A DNA stretch of 64,000 bases from the human T2T-CHM13v2.0 reference genome, Homo sapiens, in assembly GCF_009914755.1 (NCBI RefSeq), contig NC_060930.1; one strand, 5' to 3'. Below, piece by piece: positions 57,746-64,000 of this stretch. The notes beneath the pieces were generated by a model. That model had not been told where the DNA came from and made no database searches. It was given only the letters and a program-made list of their open reading frames with translations. Both the position numbers and the translations under genes were made by a program. The first letter of the stretch is position 1; the number at the start of each line of letters is the position of its first letter.

Positions 57746-59159
57746 ATATATTTATGGAATTTTTCTTACTAAAATGTGACAGTCTTCCTTCTAGAAGCCA
57801 GAGGAATGCATGCTATTCTTTCCATGCCCTGGTGCATAAGCAGCACCCAGCAACTAGCTGTGAAAGTTGCTGCTGTGACTCCTCCAGAGTTTCTGGGCAG
57901 CAGAAGGTATTTGATCTTGAATTTTGTAACCCAGATGTCTGCTGAGGCTTATAAGGCTCTAGCAGCAATGGCCCGCCCTGTAGATAAAGCTGTCCCTTTT
58001 TAGGGTTTCTACCCCCAAATCCTTTCACACCAAGCACACCTGAGTTCTGTAGGGTTTATAAAGGTCTGGGTGTTTCAGGGAAGAACCAGCTGCCATCTCC
58101 CTAGGATCACGCTCCTTCCTTTCCCCTCTTGCGTCTCCTTTGAATACCCTCCAACCCAGAGTGCCGACCCCCTCTTCCCCAGAAACTCCAAATGCCTATT
58201 TCTCTCTCTATCATGCCCTGAACTTCTCAAGGCAGTCCTTATAACACACACAGACACAAAACACAACTCTTCCTAAGAGAAATTTTAATTAATTTTTCTC
58301 CACACTGTTCTGTTCATATTATTCAGAATGAATAGGTTAAACATTTATCATGTTAAAATCTGCCATTCATCAGGGATCTGAAGCTGCTGGGAGAAATGTT
58401 TCAATAGAAAGGAGGGCCCTGAAGTGCACAGACAGTGCTTGAAAAAGTCAAGACAAGAAAGCAAGCATGCTTTGAATATTTCCAAAAGAAGATGGATAAC
58501 CAAAGTCTCTAACTTTCATAACATTTGAAGACATTCAAGATAGAACAATAACTGAATAACTTAACTGATGCAAATAATACAAAATATTTTTTTGCATCAC
58601 TGTGTGTATAAACCCAGACATTTATTAAACACTGCATCGAAAATAAAGTATGTAAATCATTTGCTGTTTCAGCTGACCTGAGGAGCCGGTTCAGTACCTC
58701 ATGCCCAAGGTGATGCAGTTGTGTAATTAAAAGACTCAAAAACTGTTTCTCATAAGAATATTTGCATTTGCAGATGCCACATATTTTAAGAGTAATTCAA
58801 AGTGAAATAATCTCACCTACTCTTACATGATTAATTCTTAATAAAGTAGAAATAAGGTAATAGTTACATTTTTTATGAAATATAAGTAATGAATAATAAA
58901 ATTTTGAGTATATCTTGAAGCAATTACTTTGTATTTCAAATTATTTTTTCTCTGCTATTTATTTTAATCTCAGCAGCATTATAATTTAAGAGCTCTTATT
59001 TTCTTTAAAATTATGTTATAATTTGTAAAGTGCTCTGTAGTCAGATACTTTGGGGACGTGTTAGCTAAAATTGTTTTGGACACTGGGGTATGAGGCTGAA
59101 TCAGGACGTCTCTGTGCCCCAATAGCACACACTCATAGCCTCGCCTTGTTATTCTGCAT

Positions 59160-59470
59160 TTGCCCTACCAGGTCCACTCCCCCGTTCTGCCCTGCTCTGG
59201 GCCCCTTTACATTCAGCATCTAGCTGGTCCCCTCACCCTCTGGCTTCAGCTTGGGTTCATGCGATGGGGGCATTGGCGTGAAATCAGAAGGCTGGAGGAG
59301 AAGGGGTTGGGCGTGGCTTCCCCCATATCCCACTTCCCGACTGGTTTCTCAATGGCTATGCCCCTTACGTATGATCCCAGCTCCCAGCTCCTCCCTATCC
59401 TAGGCCACAGCTCTGCTGGGTTTTGGAATCCCTCCTCTCTTTCCGTTTCCCTAAGGCCTACAGCACTAAA
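59160..59470. mobile_element. Old ERVL-class LTR fragment (LTR33-like)
   Basis: CCCTCTGGCTTCAGCTTGGGTTC...ATGGGGGCA...GAAATCAGAAGGCTGGAGGAGA. Confidence 0.4.
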
Positions 59471-59559
59471 CAACAACCAAAAAAAAAGAAATTAGCAGTT
59501 AGACAAGGAAGAAAACATTCACATAAAGCAGAGGCTACAGGAGCTGAAAGGAGACATAG

Positions 59560-60015
59560 CTGGAAAGCCTCTGACAAGAGGGGACTTTAATATGCCACTC
59601 TCAGTAGGAGAGGGAACAGGTGAGCAAAAACACACAATGAGAAACAAGATCCAAACAACATAGCCTTTGAGACAGATGTTGTGGGCGTACAATTTTATAC
59701 TGTGATAATGACCCTCACTTTATCTCAGACACCTGATTATTCACAAAAGTTGATCATATATTAGGTCACAAATAAAACATCAATAAATGTCATAAAGAAG
59801 AAGTATTTCAAACTACACTATCTAGGCACAATGCAATAAAAGTAAAAAGTATTAACAAAACAAAAATGTCTTACCACATGAAAAATGGAAAACATTCTAT
59901 TAAACAACTCTTAGGCAAAGGGAAGTACAAATAGAAATTACAGAATTGTAAATAATGATAATGAAAATATCATGTCAGAATCTATGGACTATGCTTAAAT
60001 AAGTGATCAGAGGCA
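59560..60015 (+). mobile_element. Ancient L1M ORF2 fragment (endonuclease region)
   Basis: GGGGACTTTAATATGCCACTCTCAG (GDFN.PLS), TTCACAAAAGTTGATCATATATTAGGTCACAAA (F.K.DHILGHK), CACAATGCAATAAAA. Confidence 0.75.
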
Positions 60016-60479
60016 CACTAAGTTCCTTCTTGACCTGCATAAGTGGGGAATGTCTAAGTGTGGTGGTGGCAGAAACCCGATTCAAATCGCTATAGGGGCA
60101 CTCGCTCTCTCTTATCCAGGTAACAGCTCCAGAGCCCCTTATTTGAAGTTTCCCATAAGTAAGGACACTGGATTTATTCCACATATGTGGAATTCTTTAA
60201 GCCATCCACAGATTATCCTCAGCCATCGTGACTGTTTCCTGAGAAACAAAAATAGCTGTTTTCAGGGGTTATTAATGCTGGCTCTGAGTTCGGTGCTATT
60301 CCAGGAAACTAAAAACGCCTCTATAAGTAAAAGTGGGGCCTTATGAAAGTCAGGTGATACAACCTGAGTCTTTCTTATAATGGATCCAGAATGACCACAA
60401 GCCACAAATCCTGGTCAGTCCCAGTCCCAAAATGCACAGGCAGAACAGATACCTTTCTAACCGGCAGACCACTGGTTAC

Positions 60480-60848
60480 TGATCCATGTAGCGATGGCTC
60501 TTAGAGTAAAAAGAGTCAAGTGGAAGCCCCTAGAATTGCCCACTTCCCGTCACCTCTCAGCAAAATGGTAAACCAAAAGCAATGCTTCATTACTGGGGGA
60601 GTTGCAGAGATTTATGTCACCTTAAAAGATGTGAAAGATGCAGAGTAGTGATTTTTATTGCATTTTCGCTTAACTCACCTATGAGCCTTATGCAAAATGA
60701 GATGGGTCTCGCAGAATGACTCTGGATTATCATAAACTTAATGCCCACAGCTACAATTTTCTGGATGTTGCGTCTTTACTAGAGGAAATGCTTCTTTGTA
60801 ATGATATGTATAATCCTCTAATGAGCAAAGGTAAAGATAAACAGATTA
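60480..60848 (+). mobile_element. ERVL internal pol (RT) fragment, left part
   Basis: Degenerate translation KWKPLELP...KMVNQKQ...GGVAEI..TLKDVKDA...FNSP-like...RMTLDYHKLN...DVASLLE resembles HERVL-type RT. Confidence 0.8.
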
Positions 60849-63707
<2,859 letters not shown>

Positions 63708-63717
63708 TCACACCCGC

Positions 63718-63842
63718 TATTGTTTTTTTTGTATTTTTAGTAGAGATGGGGTTTCACCATGTTAGCCAGGCTGACCTCATGATCTGCCCGCCTCAGCCTC
63801 CCAAAGTGCTGGGATTATAGGCATAAGCCACCGTGCCCAGCC
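63718..63842 (-). mobile_element. Alu left arm, partner of 60849-61023
   Basis: GTATTTTTAGTAGAGATGGGGTTTCACCATGTTAGCCAGG...CCCAAAGTGCTGGGATT. Confidence 0.9.
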
Positions 63843-63990
63843 CAGATCAGTTTCATTTGGATGGAGCAGCAGTACACACTCACTGCCTCATATCAGGATT
63901 CTATCAGTTCTGGTCTCTGTTATATTTAAATCACATTAATTTTCTTGATTTCCCATACAGCATTATGGTTTGTCTGTGTGATTACTGGGC
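63843..63990 (+). mobile_element. ERVL internal pol fragment, right part
   Basis: Degenerate QISFIWMEQQYTLT..YQDSISS.LC resembles ERVL QFAFSWQGQQYTFTVLPQGYINSPALC. Confidence 0.7.
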
Positions 63991-64000
63991 ATAGAAATAA

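Overview
This is primate, most likely human, genomic DNA that looks intergenic or deep-intronic. I recognise no host protein-coding exon, RNA gene or CRISPR array. The long ORFs in the track are LINE-1 ORF2 remnants, Alu read-throughs or simple-repeat artefacts. Interspersed repeats dominate: 15 Alus (many with readable target-site duplications, TSDs), several L1 pieces, L2/MIR fragments, LTRs (MLT2, MLT1, LTR12, MER74), an ERVL pol fragment and DNA-transposon fossils (MER6, MER47, MER44, MER5, a TcMar-type MITE). There are also three minisatellites and several STRs. The items most worth following up are: a minus-strand LTR12 promoter with six tandem CCAAT units, an intact TATA box and a degenerate poly(A) signal, upstream of several good minus-strand splice sites; two microexon-like splice configurations (24901-24903 minus, 48050-48055 plus); a ~190-bp inverted repeat whose loop is a 10-bp tandem array; and a triple-nested ERVL>Alu>L1 insertion in which compensating frameshifts keep a 585-codon L1 frame open. 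Repeat subfamily names come from recalled consensus sequences and need RepeatMasker/Dfam confirmation. I find no firm evidence for a new biological system; the findings are hypotheses.
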